Made by a program: the position numbers and the translations under genes. The notes under the pieces are model-generated. The model was not told where the DNA came from, did no database searches, and saw only the letters and a list, made by a program, of their open reading frames with translations. Below, one piece after another: positions 27,001 through 42,000 of a stretch of DNA of 64,000 nucleotides; position 1 is the first letter of the stretch; each line of letters opens with the position of its first letter. The stretch covers positions 52,637 through 116,636 of the forward strand of contig MCFE01000244.1 of the NCBI GenBank assembly GCA_002104905.1, read 5' to 3'. The DNA is from Basidiobolus meristosporus CBS 931.73 (Eukaryota > Fungi > Basidiobolomycota).

Positions 27001-30000
27001 AACCGACTGTCCTAGATACGTCTATATCATCATTCCATGGCTCTCTTCCGTGGCCCTCGATACCAAGCGCCATATGATCCATATGGAATTCATGACAGTA
27101 GGCAATGGCGAGAGCCGCAATCATCAGATCAGTGGGTTCAGTGTGATATGGCTGATTGGCGTCGCCAAACAAGTGTTCTGATTGCAGTGGGGTCAAGGAG
27201 AACGAAGCAGATCGCGCGGTGGCCACCGTATTCTGCTCCAGCAGTGCTGGGTCCGACACAATTGGCATAACCGTGTGAGTCTGGGGCCATTCTTCTACCT
27301 TTAGTGACTGTGCGTATTCACTCATCATTGAGCTCCAATGCATAAATGATGCGGATTTGTAGGCGCATTGCTGTCCAGTCAGTAGCCTCTCCAGATCCTC
27401 CCAAATAATTCTCCAAGAGACCAGATCGATGACAAAGTGATGGACTGTCATGAATAGCAACTGTGGAGCATCATGGAAATCGTAGAGCGCGAACTGGAAG
27501 ATTGGTCCGGCGGCAAGATCGAGGCTTTGCTGAAGGTGGTCTGTGTGCTGCTGGAGATGATCCATTGCCGCAAGGCTTTCATGGTGAATGTCGAACACAA
27601 CCTCCTCCACAGGAAGAACCCTGAAGTGCCACTGATCTCCACTGACATAGAAGCGGCCACGCAATATGTCGTGTTGTTGCACAAGAACTGAAACGGCCTG
27701 GTGCAATCTTCCAGGGGTTGTCGAGTCCTTCAGTTTCAGCAACCAGGATTGGTTGAAGTGGTTGATGTTGGGCTGTGGTGTCTCCAGAAAGTGTTTCTGA
27801 ATGGGCGTCAGTGGAGCTTCACCGTGACTAATCACATCGGAACACTGATCGGGAGCGGCTTCTAGCGTTGCGATCGCGGCCTGAGCTCGGATAGTAGGAT
27901 GCTGAATAATCTGCTTTATCGAGAGATGCACTCCATGCTGACGGCTAAGAGACGACAGCCGGATTGCCGAGATGGAATCGCCCCCGAGTTCGTAGAAGGA
28001 ATCATCCAACCCGATCCCGGAGGTGGGTGTATTGAGTGTTTGCGACCAAATCCGCTGGAGACTCGTTTCAACCGGCGAGGTGGGCATCTGTTTCTCATTG
28101 CATTCTTCCTGGAGAGTGCTCATTACCTTGTCGGGGCCTAGAGAGAGGTAGAAGGTAGCCAGAGCCTTCCGATCCATTTTCTCGCTTGAGTTGACCGGGA
28201 TAGCGGTTAGTGGCAACCAAATATGTGGTACCATGTAGGGTGGGAGCCGCAATTTAACCAAATGCTTGATCTCACTCAGGTAGGCAGAGGCCAATGCAAT
28301 ATCAGCGCCTCCGAGCATCTGGATATCGAAGGGATCACCACCCAAGCCATGGAAGGTTAAGAACACCACCAAGACTTTGCGGTCGGGGCTTCGAGGAATA
28401 CCCAATGGTAGAACGCATACCCTGGCGACCTTTGTGTGAGAATGGATAACATTTGAGATTTCGTCCAGCTCGATGCGCAGCCCGTGGAGCTTGATCTGGT
28501 TGTCCTTCCTACCAACGAGGTCAACCGAGCCATCAGTGTTGAAGCGGGCCAAGTCACCAGTGCGATACAATCGGTCACCGGGACTGAAAGGGTTGGGAAC
28601 AAAGGCCTTTTCTGTGAGATCAGGTCGATTGAGATAGCCGCGAGCAAGCTGGGGGCCGCTTACACATAGCTCGCCGACCACACCCAGCGGGACTGGCTGG
28701 AGGCATGAGTCCAGAATATAGATCTTGTTGTTCCCTATCGGTTTTCCAACATTACTGCATGCGGTATTTTGAGTAATGTTGGAATTCAGAAGAAATGCTA
28801 CAGCAGCCTCAGTAGGTCCATAAATATTGCTAACTCGAGCAGTAGCTGTCCAAACGTCTCTAACATATTCGGTTACCATTTCGCCTCCTATATGTAGATT
28901 TCTCACCGAAGGGGTATTTAGCGGATGAATGGAGGAGGCAATTGTTGGCGTCATAAATGCAGCAGTGACATTCATCAGGTTGATGTTCCCTTCCAAGTCT
29001 GAGAGAAGGTTGTCCCTCGAGGCTAGCGCGATACGGGCACCAGAAGCCAAAGAACAATAAATTTCCATGACAGAAGCATCAAAAGTGTAATTGGCAAACT
29101 GTAAGACCGAGTCATCAGGGCAGAGTTGCCACAGCTGCGACATTGCGTGGATGAAGTTGTTTACAGCAGAGTGCTCCAACATTACACCCTTTGGTTTCCC
29201 AGTAGATCCAGACGTGTAGAGCACATAACAGAGATTCGAAGGAGTCAGATCATCTACTTGTGGGTTGTTCACTGGACTTTGCGCGATTAGTTCGACATCA
29301 GCATCAGCATCCAGTAGGATTAGTCGGTGGCCAGCAAAGGCGTGACGATAGGCTTCCATTGTCACCAGCAGCTGTGCATCTGTCTCCTGCAATATATATT
29401 GATTCCGCTCAGCCGGGTTGTTTGGGTCTAGAGGAACATAGGCACCCCCAGCTTTGAGAATAGCAAGCATGGCCACAATCATGGAGACTGATTTGTCGAG
29501 GCAGATAGGAACTATTGACTCCGGACGTACTCCTAGACCGATCAAATGATGGGCCAGCTGGTTCGCTCTTATGTTGAGCTCGTGGTAAGTGACATATTCG
29601 GACGTCTTGAACTGTATGGCTATGTTTGTAGGATTCGTTCTCGCCTGCCACTCAAACAACTCATGCACATACTTTGACTGGGTGGAAAGCTGTGATGAGC
29701 CGCTCCAACTCTCAACTAAGGCGGACTCAGCAGATGATATCACGCTGACACTATCTGCCGTGGCCAAAACATCACCCAGAACATTTGCGATGGCTGTGCT
29801 TAAATGATTGAGCAGCCAATTGGCAAGTTCAGCAGAGACAGAGTTCCTGTTATACGTAAGAGATATGCTCTGATTCGAGAGCTCCGTATCAACCTCAACG
29901 ACCACTGGGAAATCAACGGCCATACTGGATTCCACTTCCTCAAGTCCGATGGAGTTAACCCCCTCATTTGTTCCTTGCTGTGAAAGGTTCTGAATGACTA

Positions 30001-33000
30001 CTAATGTATCGAAAAGGGTGGGAATATCCGATGAGAAACAGTCCCTCACGATATCTTGCAACCCGATCGTTTGGTGTTCGGCTTGCTCCTGGCTCATTTG
30101 ATGAATGGATCTGAGCAGATCGAGAACGGATGAGCCACTGTCAATTGTCACTCTTGTTGGCAGTGTGTTGATGCATGGGCCACAAATCTCATGCACATTA
30201 TCAAGCGGGATATTTCTCCCAGATGTCACCATGCCAAAGACAACATCGGAGCTTCCTGTGTGCGACTTCAAAACTATAGCCCATGCAAGGCTGACTACAG
30301 TGGCAATGGTGAAGTGGTGTTTGGATGTGAGAGAGGCGAAGTCAAACTCCAGCGGCTTGGTTATATTTGCTGCCTCATGCGGACTGTTAGATGAGGATGT
30401 CGATGCGCCAGGAATCAGGACGGTTGGAGACACACCTGCCAAAGAATTTCTCCAGTAGCCCAGTGACTCGGCTTTGCTCTTGGATAGAAGATACTCGATG
30501 TAGAAACTATATGCCGGCCTTTCCAGCAGTGATAGGCCATGATAAGCACGGATCAAGTCATGAATGATGTGAGCCATTGACCAACCATCATACAGAGAGT
30601 GATGAATAGTCCAAATGAAGTACTTCAAAGAGCCATGGCTGTGTAGCGTTGAAAACCGAGTGAGCGGTTTACCATTCGTGATGCAATTCCGTCTGTCATC
30701 TTTTGAGACTTCATGAAGCTGGCTTTTCTCCATTTGCTGTTGGGCGACCAGATGGTCATGCCATTCTACATTCTCCGCGTCAAGTACTAGTTGTAGTCCA
30801 CTCAGATGAGGATAACCACAGTCTGAGAAGAGAATGGCAGTTCGGAGAATGGGATTTGCTTTGATCACCGACCTCCATGCAGCTCTGAAGCGAGCCAGCT
30901 CGATATGCTGCTCTGCTCGATACACATACTGCGTCAAGTAACTGGAGCTCTCCTGCAGGCTGAGTGCCAACAGCCCTTCTTGTAGTGGGGAGCAAGGGTA
31001 GATATCCTCAACTAGCGCGGGATTTATGCCATTTCGCCTGATGTCATGCTGTAGCAGTTTCTCCATTTCCTCGGTGCTTAGTCTCAGCAGAGAGTACCGC
31101 TCTATCTCCCTTACCGGCATTCTGGGAGCTCCCGAGGGCAAATACGTTCTGGCGATCTCGGATATTGTGCTCATCCGATAGAGATCTTGTACCGTCAAGT
31201 CGTATCCCGCCTTGTGAGCAGCGGCAACCAGCCTGATAGCCAGTATGGAGTCACCTCCTATCGCAAAAAATGAGTCATGCACACTGACACTTGCTGGCGC
31301 AGTGTTAAGCACCGAGCCAAATAGTGAGACCCACATTCGTTCTTCGTTTGTGGTGGGGCCGACATATTGCTGTAAATCGGTAGAGTAGGCACTCCGTAAG
31401 ATTTCCTTATCAGTAGATTTGTAGAAAGCCGTTAACGAGGAGCGATCAATCTTTCCACTTGTATTTGTGGGCATCCTAGATAGTGGAACCCATATTGTCG
31501 GGATCATGTATGAGGGCAGCTTCAATTTGGCGGCAGTTCGAACTTCGTTGATGTATGAGGTAATCTGCGTTGAGCTGGTATCCATAAGTAGTTGAATGGG
31601 TGATTCTACAAACAGAGAGTCATGGAAGGTTAGGAATGCAACTAGCGTCTGATGGTTTGTGCGAGTATCAGTGACTAACGGAAGGACACATGCTCTAGAG
31701 ACATTCAAATGTGCATGCAATACATGCTCAATCTCATCTAGCTCGATACGCAGCCCATGGAGCTTGATCTGGTTGTCCTTCCTACCAACGAGGTCAACCG
31801 AGCCATCAGTGTTGAAGCGGGCCAAGTCACCGGTGCGATACAATCGGTCACCGGGACTGAAGGGGTTGGGAACAAAGGCCTTTTCTGTGAGATCAGGGCG
31901 ATTGAGATAGCCGCGAGCAAGCTGAGGGCCGCTTACACATAGCTCGCCGACCACACCCAGCGGGACTGGCTGGAGGCATGAGTCCAGAATATAGATCTTG
32001 TTGTTCCCTATCGGTTTTCCAACGTTGCTGCAGGCGGTATTTTGAGTAATGTTCGGATTCAAAAGAAATGCCACCGCAGTTTCTGTTAATCCGTATCCAT
32101 TAAATAAGTCTAAGTATGGTACCCAAGAATCGCGTACAGTAGTGGTAACCATCTCCCCCCCGAGCATTAGTTTCTTGACAGTTGATACAGTGCTAGGAGT
32201 AATGCTATTTACAATAGTCGTTGTCAGTATCATAGCAGTTACTCTCATAGCATTAATCACTTTGCTAAGCCCGGAACGAAGTTCCTCAAATGGTGCTACA
32301 GACAAGCGGGCACCAGATGAAAACGTTGGGAATATTTCAATAACAGACGCATCAAAGGTGTAATTGGCAAACTGTAATACAGAGTCAGTATTGTCGATGT
32401 CCCATATATTTTTTATGGCATCAACCAAGCTAACAATGCCCAAATGCGTCATCATTACGCCTTTTGGTTTCCCGGTAGATCCAGATGTGTAGAGCACATA
32501 GCAGAGATTCGAAGGAGTCAGATCAGCCACTTGTGGGTTGTTCACTGGGTTTTGCGCGATTAGTTCGGCATCAGCATCAGCATCCAGTAGGATTAGTCGG
32601 TGGCCAGCAAAGGCGTGACGATAGGCTTCCACTGTCACCAGCAGCTGTGCATCTGTCTCCTGCAATATATATTGATTCCGCTCAGCCGGGTTGTTTGGGT
32701 CTAGAGGAACATAGGCACCCCCAGCTTTGAGAATAGCAAGCATGGCCACAATCATGGAAACTGATTTGTCGAGGCAGATAGGAACTATTGACTCCGGACG
32801 TACTCCTAGACCGATCAAATGATGGGCCAGCTGGTTCGCTCTCATGTTGAGCTCGTGGTAAGTGACATATTCGGATGTCTTGAACTGTATGGCTATGTTT
32901 GTAGGATTCGTTCTCGCCTGCCACTCAAACAACTCATGCACATACTTTGACTGGGTGGAAAGCTGTGATGAGCCGCTCCAACTCTCAACTAAGGCGGACT

Positions 33001-36000
33001 CAGCAGATGATATCACGCTGACACTATCTGCCGTGGCCAAAACATCACCCAGAACATTTGCGATGGCTGTGCTTAAATGATTGAGCAGCCAATTGGCAAG
33101 TTCAGCAGAGACAGAGTTCCTGTTATACGTAAGAGATATGCTCTGATTCGAGAGCTCCGTATCAACCTCAACGACCACTGGGAAATCAACGGCCATACTG
33201 GATTCCACTTCCTCAAGTCCGATGGAGTTAACCCCCTCATTTGTTCCTTGCTGTGAAAGGTTCTGAATGACTACTAATGTATCGAAAAGGGTGGGAATAT
33301 CCGATGAGAAACAGTCCCTCACGATATCTTGCAACCCGATCGTTTGGTGTTCGGCTTGCTCCTGGCTCATTTGATGAATGGATCTGAGCAGATCGAGAAC
33401 GGATGAGCCACTATCAATTGTCACTCTTGTTGGCAGTGTGTTGATGCATGGGCCACAAATCTCATGGACATTATCAAGCGGGATATTTCTCCCAGATGTC
33501 ACCATGCCAAAGACAACATCGGAGCTTCCTGTGTGCGACTTCAAAACTATAGCCCATGCAAGGCTGACTATAGTGGCAATGGTGAAGTGGTGCTTGGATG
33601 TGAGAGAGGCGAAGTCAAACTCCAGTGGCTTGGTTATAGTTGCTGCCTCATGCGGACTGTTAGATGAGGATGTCGATGCGCCAGGAATCAGGACGGTTGG
33701 AGACACACCTGCCAAAGAATTTCTCCAGTAGCCCAGTGACTCGGCTTTGCTCTTGGATAGAAGATACTCGATGTAGAAACTATATGCCGGCCTTTCCAGC
33801 AGTGATAGGCCATGATAAGCACGGATCAAGTCATGAATGATGTGAGCCATTGACCAACCATCATACAGAGAGTGATGAATAGTCCAAATGAAGTACTTCA
33901 AAGAGCCATGGCTGTGTAGCGTTGAAAACCGAGTGAGCGGTTTACCATTCGTGATGCAATTCCGTCTGTCATCTTTTGAGACTTCATGAAGCTGGCTTTT
34001 CTCCATTTGCTGTTGGGCGACCAGATGGTCATGCCATTCTACATTCTCCGCGTCAAGTACTAGTTGTAGTCCACTCAGATGAGGATAACCACAGTCTGAG
34101 AAGAGAATGGCAGTTCGGAGAATGGGATTTGCTTTGATCACCGACCTCCATGCAGCTCTGAAGCGAGCCAGCTCGATATGCTGCTCTGCTCGATACACAT
34201 ACTGCGTCAAGTAACTGGAGCTCTCCTGCAGGCTGAGTGCCAACAGCCCTTCTTGTAGTGGGGAGCAAGGGTAGATATCCTCAACTAGTGCGGGATTTAT
34301 GCCATTTCGCCTGATGTCATGCTGTAGCAGTTTCTCCATTTCCTCGGTGCTTAGTCTCAGCAGAGAGTACCGCTCTATCTCCCTTACCGGCATTCTGGGA
34401 GCTCCCGAGGGCAAATACGTTCTGGCGATCTCGGATATTGTGCTCATCCGATAGAGATCTTGTACCGTCAAGTCGTATCCCGCCTTGTGAGCAGCGGCAA
34501 CCAGCCTGATAGCCAGTATGGAGTCACCTCCTATCGCAAAAAATGAATCATGCACACTGACACTTGCTGGCGCAGTGTTGAGCACCGAACCAAACAGTGA
34601 GACCCACATTCGTTCTTCGTTTGTGGTGGGGCCGACATATTGCTGTAAATCGGTAGAGTAGGCACTCCGTAAGATTTCCTTATCAGTAGATTTGTAGAAA
34701 GCCGTTAACGAGGAGCGATCAATCTTTCCACTTGTATTTGTGGGCATCCTAGATAGTGGAACCCATATTGTCGGGATCATGTATGAGGGCAGCTTCAATT
34801 TGGCGGCAGTTCGAACTTCGTTGATGTATGAGGTAATCTGCGTTGAGCTGGTATCCATAAGTAGTTGAATGGGTGATTCTGCAGACTGAAGATCGTGGAA
34901 AGTTACAAAAGCGACTAAGGATTTATGGCTTTCGAGCTCTATAGAGTTCAAAGATAACACACAGACCCGGGAAACATAGTTGTGAGCTTGAAGTACGTTT
35001 TCAATCTCTTCGAGCTCGATACGCAGCCCATGGAGCTTGATCTGGTTGTCCTTCCTACCAACGAGGTCAACCGAGCCATCAGTGTTGAAGCGGGCCAAGT
35101 CACCGGTGCGATACAATCGGTCACCGGCACTGAAGGGGTTGGGAACAAAGGCCTTTTCTGTGAGATCAGGGCGATTGAGATAGCCGCGAGCAAGCTGAGG
35201 GCCGCTTACACATAGCTCGCCGACCACACCCAACGGGACAGGTTGGAGGCATGAGTCCAGAATATAGATCTTGTTGTTCCCTATCGCCTTTCCAATATTA
35301 TTACACCGTGAACTAAAACCTGCACCAGGGTTTGCTAAAATAGCTACTGTAGCTTCAGTAGGTCCATAAACATTACTTAAAATAGGATTTGAAGTGCCCC
35401 ATAATTCAAGAAGAGATGTTGTCAGCATTTCACCTCCTACCATAAGATACTTGAGAGTAGGAACCCGCGACGGATGAATATTCTCCGCAATGGTTGTTGT
35501 AAGCATTGCTATCGTCACGCTCATAGAGTTGATAGTTTTTTCCAGGTAGGAGAGGAGCTTCTCTCTTCTCGCTATTGCTAAACGCGCTCCAAAAGCAAGT
35601 GTCGCAAATACTTCTATCGCTGATACATCAAACGTATAATTTGAAAATTGTAATACTATATCTGTTGCTTGCGGTTTCCATATGTCTCTGTGAGCCGTTA
35701 TTGATTGTACCAATGAAGAATGCTCTATCATCACCCCTTTCGGCTTTCCCGTTGAGCCTGATGTGTAGAGCACATAGCAGAGATTCGAAGGAGTCAGATC
35801 AGCCACTTGTGGGTTGTTCACTGGGTTTTGCGCGATTAGTTCGGAATCAGCATCAGCATCCAGTAGGATTAGTCGGTGGCCAGCAAAGGCGTGACGATAG
35901 GCTTCCACTGTAACCAGCAGCTGAGCATCTGTCTCCTGCAATATATATTGATTCCGCTCAGCCGGGTTGTTTGGGTCTAGAGGAACATAGGCGCCCCCAG

Positions 36001-39000
36001 CTTTGAGAATAGCAAGCATGGCCACAATCATGGAAACTGATTTGTCGAGGCAGATAGGAACTATTGACTCCGGACGTACTCCTAGACCGATCAAATGATG
36101 GGCCAGCTGGTTCGCTCTCATGTTGAGCTCGTGGTAAGTGACATATTCGGATGTCTCGAACTGTATGGCTATATTTGTAGGATTCATATTCGCTTGTTCC
36201 TCAATGAGAGTATGAGTGACATCAACCACAAGAGGATTACAAGGCATATTAACAATCTGCTGAGTAGTACTTGTGCCAGAAAGTAGCTGATTAATCATTG
36301 AACTATTTGTAGCAGATACGATGCCCTCGAATATTGCTTTGAAGTCCGAAGCAAGATATTTGGCATGCATTTTGCCAATAAATGTGGCACTTGATAAGAT
36401 TGTGTAAGCTAATGTGTTCGAGTCCGATTCAACGCTTATTCCTAGAGGGTACTGATAGTTGTTTCAATATATATGATACCAAATTGGCAACTGCCAAATA
36501 TAACGTCTTGATAAACAAAAATACCTCAGTTCTTTCGTCATCATCAACACGCAAAAGCTGCAATTCACCAGGCCGAGTAGCGTTACCATCATATGCAACT
36601 GATTGGCTTTTGTAATCCAAAAGTGTGTCAAAAACCGGTGAAATCCCGACCCACGATTGAATGTCACGCAAACTACTTTGCTGATATGGATATGCCAATT
36701 TGAAGTCATCGTGGATCAATTTCAACCACTCCATAACATTCTGTTGGCTGTCACAGCGAATACGGCACGGAAGAGTATTGATGCATGGTCCCACCATCGT
36801 CGAAACCCCTTCTAGCTCACTACCTCTACCGCTAACCATGTAGCCAAATACCACGTCCTCACTCTGGGTGTACATTCTTAACAGTATGGCCCACGCAGCC
36901 TTGATAAGTGTGAATATTGTTACGCCTGTCTGCTTTGCAAATTGAGATATACGTTGGATGGGCAGATCAATGGCTCCAGGGATTCGGATCACTCCGCAGC
37001 CAGTGACTTCCGCTGCGCCAAGAGGCGGGAAAGGCATGGCATTCAGGTCAGAGAGGTGGCCCAGCCAGTACTGCTTCTCGCTGGCGAGATGGCCTGAGTC
37101 CACATTGTAGATGCTTGCAATGAAATTCGAGTACGGGTGTATCACTTGGCGCGGGAGGTTGTGGTAAACCGAGTGGACATCCTGCAGAACGATATCCCAG
37201 GAAGTGGCATCAAGGATTGCGTGGTGCCAACTGATGATCAGGGTTCTTTCCCCAGTGTCGCATTCGATCAGGGCAAACCGAATATTTGGTTGGTTCAGGT
37301 CAAATCGATTTTCACGATCGTTGGCCAGATAGTCACTGATCATCCCCTCAAAAATATCCTTGTCGCAGTGTATATGCTTCCACTGGGGCGAGAAATCACG
37401 CAATGCTACCTGGAAGAAGGTAAAGCTGCACTCGTCCATCAACGTGTCCTGGACGAAAACGGATCGAAGTATACTGTGGTCCCGAATGACAGTTTGCCAA
37501 GCACGGCGAAACTGCACCGAGTCAAATACCCCATCCAGGCTGAACCGTTGCTGCACATGATAGTAGCTAGTGTCTTTGAGCATCCCAGCAATGAGACCCT
37601 CCTGCAGTGGAGTGCATGGCAGGATATCATCGATTAGACTTGGGTCGATACCAGCCTCCGGGAGTGTCTTGTGATAAAGTGTTTCAAAGTGTTCCTCGGA
37701 GAGCCGCAGAATGGGAAAGTCGCTGCGTGTGTGCACGATAGTCGTCAGCTGTGAACAATGAGAGATCAAGTCGACAAGGGTTTGTTGCCAAAGGTGGAGC
37801 CAACGTGATATCGACTCCTCGGAGTGCAAGACAGGACTGTATGTTATCTCAGCCCGGAGACAGCTATTCTCCACACTTGCGCAAATGTCAAATACATGAT
37901 TCCGTCTCCACTGTCTACACACCTCCCCGAGTTCAAAGCCTTGTGGAAGCTCCGCTTGCTGGAAGAAAGCGTTCTCATGTTCCAACTGCTGGAAGCGACC
38001 GACGTAGTTGAAAGCTATTTGGATCACGTCACTTGCGAACGGATTGTCCGACCCGGTGGTCAGATGACGAAGAAGGCCATAGAGCAATCCATTGCCTGGG
38101 ATACTTCGCCTCAGGTCTTTGACGTACTTCAAGATCCTGGTCGGGTCATCACACCTTGGAGCCGGTACTGAGAACGGATAGAGCGTTGTAAACCAACCGA
38201 CTGTCCTAGATACGTCTATATCATCATTCCATGGCTCTCTTCCGTGGCCCTCGATACCAAGCGCCATATGATCCATATGGAATTCATGACAGTAGGCAAT
38301 GGCGAGAGCCGCAATCATCAGATCAGTGGGTTCAGTGTGATACGGCTGATTGGCGTCGCCAAACAAGTGTTCTGATTGCAGTGGGGTCAAGGAGAACGAA
38401 GCAGATCGCGCGGTGGCCACCGTATTCTGCTCCAGCAGTGCTGGGTCCGACACAATTGGCATAACCGTGTGAGTCTGGGGCCATTCTTCTACCTTTAGTG
38501 ACTGTGCGTATTCACTCATCATTGAGCTCCAATGCATAAATGATGCGGATTTGTAGGCGCATTGCTGTCCAGTCAGTAGCCTCTCCAGATCCTCCCAAAT
38601 AATTCTCCAAGAGACCAGATCGATGACAAAGTGATGGACTGTCATGAATAGCAACTGTGGAGCATCATGGAAATCGTAGAGCGCGAACTGGAAGATTGGT
38701 CCGGCGGCAAGATCGAGGCTTTGCTGAAGGTGGTCTGTGTGCTGCTGGAGATGATCCATCGCCGCAAGGCTTTCATGGTGAATGTCGAACACAACCTCCT
38801 CCACAGGAAGAACCCTGAAGTGCCACTGATCTCCACTGACATAGAAGCGGCCACGCAATATGTCGTGTTGTTGCACAAGAACTGAAACGGCCTGGTGCAA
38901 TCTTCCAGGGGTTGTCGAGTCCTTCAGTTTCAGCAACCAGGACTGGTTGAAGTGGTTGATGTTGGGCTGTGGTGTCTCCAGAAAGTGTTTCTGAATGGGC

Positions 39001-42000
39001 GTCAGTGGAGCTTCACCGTGACTAATCACATCGGAACACTGATCGGGAGCGGCTTCTAGCGTTGCGATCGCGGCCTGAGCTCGGATTGTAGGATGCTGAA
39101 TAATCTGCTTTATCGAGAGATGCACTCCATGCTGACGGCTAAGAGACGACAGCCGGATTGCCGAGATGGAATCGCCCCCGAGTTCGTAGAAGGAATCATC
39201 CAACCCGATCCCAGAGGTGGGTGTATTGAGTGTTTGCGACCAAATCCGCTGGAGACTCATTTCAACCGGCGAGGTGGGCATCTGTTTCTCATTGCATTCT
39301 TCCTGGAGAGTGCTCATTACCTTGTCGGGGCCTAGAGAGAGGTAGAAGGTAGCCAGAGCCTTCCGATCCATTTTCTCGCTTGAGTTGACCGGGATAGCGG
39401 TTAGTGGCAACCAAATATGTGGTACCATGTAGGGTGGGAGCCGCAATTTAACCAAATGCTTGATCTCACTCAGGTAGGCAGAGGCCAATGCAATATCAGC
39501 GCCTCCGAGCATCTGGATATCGAAGGGATCACCACCCAAGCCATGGAAGGTTAAGAACACCACCAAGACTTTGCGGTCGGGGCTTCGAGGAATACCCAAT
39601 GGTAGAACGCATACCCTGGCGACCTTTGCGTGAGAATGGATAACATTTGAGATTTCGTCCAGCTCGATGCGCAGCCCGTGGAGCTTGATCTGGTTGTCCT
39701 TCCTACCAACGAGGTCAACCGAGCCATCAGTGTTGAAGCGGGCCAAGTCACCAGTGCGATACAATCGGTCACCGGGACTGAAAGGGTTGGGAACAAAGGC
39801 CTTTTCTGTGAGATCAGGTCGATTGAGATAGCCGCGAGCAAGCTGAGGGCCGCTTACACATAGCTCGCCGACCACACCCAGCGGGACTGGCTCGAGGCAT
39901 GAGTCCAGAATATAGATCTTGTTATTTCCGATTGGTTTTCCTATATCTCTGCAACTGGTGATATCGTCTACCTTTTGATTTACAAGACATATTACTGCTG
40001 CCTCCGTAGGACCGTATGCGTTAAGTAACTGGACCTTTGATGACCAGTAGTCTTTAACATTGCTACTTAACATCTCGCCGGCCACCATTACCTTCTTCAG
40101 ATGTGGAATTGATGCGAAGTCAATGCAGCTAGCAACTGTAGGCGTCACTGACATAAATGTGACGTTCTCTATTTTGCGGGTATCTCCAGAGTTACCTAAT
40201 AACTTGTCTTTTCGAATGATTGTCAATCGAGCACCAACTGTCAACGCTGCAAATATCTCACTTATGGAGACATCAAATGTATAATTTGTAAATTGTAGTA
40301 CAGAATCCTCGCTTGTGAGTTGAATCGTATCTTGGTTAGCCTGTATAAATTGAGCAATAGAGGCATGCTCCAACATCACCCCCTTTGGCAAGCCTGATGA
40401 TCCAGAGGTGTATATGACGTAGCACAAGTTGGAATTTGATACCCGGCCTTCCGGATTCTCGTTTGAATACCCATTTAAAGTGTGAATGTTGTCCATAAGC
40501 ACCAAGGTGTGGCATTTGAATTTTTCCTGGTAGCAGTTTGTAGTAATTACTATAGAGGCGCTCGTTTCCTTGAAGATATGCTGGTTCCGTTCCACAGGAT
40601 TATCTGGGTCAATTGGAATATATGCACCGCCGGCCTTGAGAGTTGCGAGGATCGCTACGATCATTTCAACTGATTTATCCATACAGAGTAATACCTTGAG
40701 TTCCGCTTTTACACCTAGACTAATCAAGTAATGTGCCAATCGATTTGCCAGTGAATTCAACTTTTCGTAACTCAAGCCCTTCTCATCCTCGAATTGCACG
40801 GATATGTTTTGTGGGGTTCTCAGCACTTGATTTTCAAACAATTGATGTAGGCATTCCCCGGCATATTCCATTTTTACAGTACTTCCAGCAAATGAGCATA
40901 AGTGGTTTCTTTCACTCATCGTTAGACTTGGAAGCGTGCCGATTTTGTTGCTGCCTTCGGTAGCCATAAGGGAATTGAAAGTATCTTTGAAACGGTTGAG
41001 CATGATGTTGGCCAACTCCTCGGTTAATATATCACTAGAATAATCCAAGCGAAGGCAGAGTTCATCTTGTTCCATCCAAGTGTTGAGGCTCAGTTTATAC
41101 TCAGTGGGTTCCAGGATCTTCTCCAATTGGAAATTTACCAGGTTCTGACAGAGATTGTTATTGTGCTGAATCGGATCGAGGATTTGGAAGTTGAGTATAC
41201 TATCAAACTCCAACGAGGAATTATTAGCCTTGCACCACTTTTTGATTTCGGACAAGGCACAATTCTCGTGTGCGATTCTTGACAAAGTATATTGGTTGAT
41301 ACTTCTAAGCCAGTCGATTACTCGGATATCTTCATTGTATTGAATCCGCACAGGTACGGTGTTGATACAAGGGCCTACAACTTGATCTATGTGCTTCATT
41401 GGTACATTGCGACCATTGGTGATAACGCCATATGCAAAGTCGTTCGTCTCGTAATAGGGCCGCAGGATCAATCCCCACGCTGCTTGCAATAAAGCCAACA
41501 ATGAAATACCCAGTTTCTTATACTCAGCTAGGCTTCGGTCTTCAATTCTGCATCTCGATGCTACTTGAAAGTGATCGACTCTCTGATATTTCAAATTTCC
41601 TAGCTTCGGGAATGAACTGGGACTTAGGCCCATTAGGTAAGCGACCCAATAATTCTTGGATTTCTCATCGTTGCCTAATTCTTTGATGCGATAGGAGATG
41701 TAATCGCTGTATGGAATCACTCTTGGTTTCGATTGTTTGTTGTAGGCCGCATGCAATGCCCTCAAGATAATCCTGTTCGACCAGCCATCATTAATCGCGT
41801 GATGGTGGCTAATTATCAATCGGGACTTACTTCCACGGAGTAGTGCTAAGCGGATATTTGGTTTACCCAATGGAAACCCGACCTTCAAGTCATTTTCAAG
41901 ATAATCTTTTAAAGAGTTACTATTCTCTTGAAGCTCAGCGAATATCTCCTCGCGCTGAATGCTGCCTTGTTTGATGACAATTTGCAGATATGCCCCCGTG

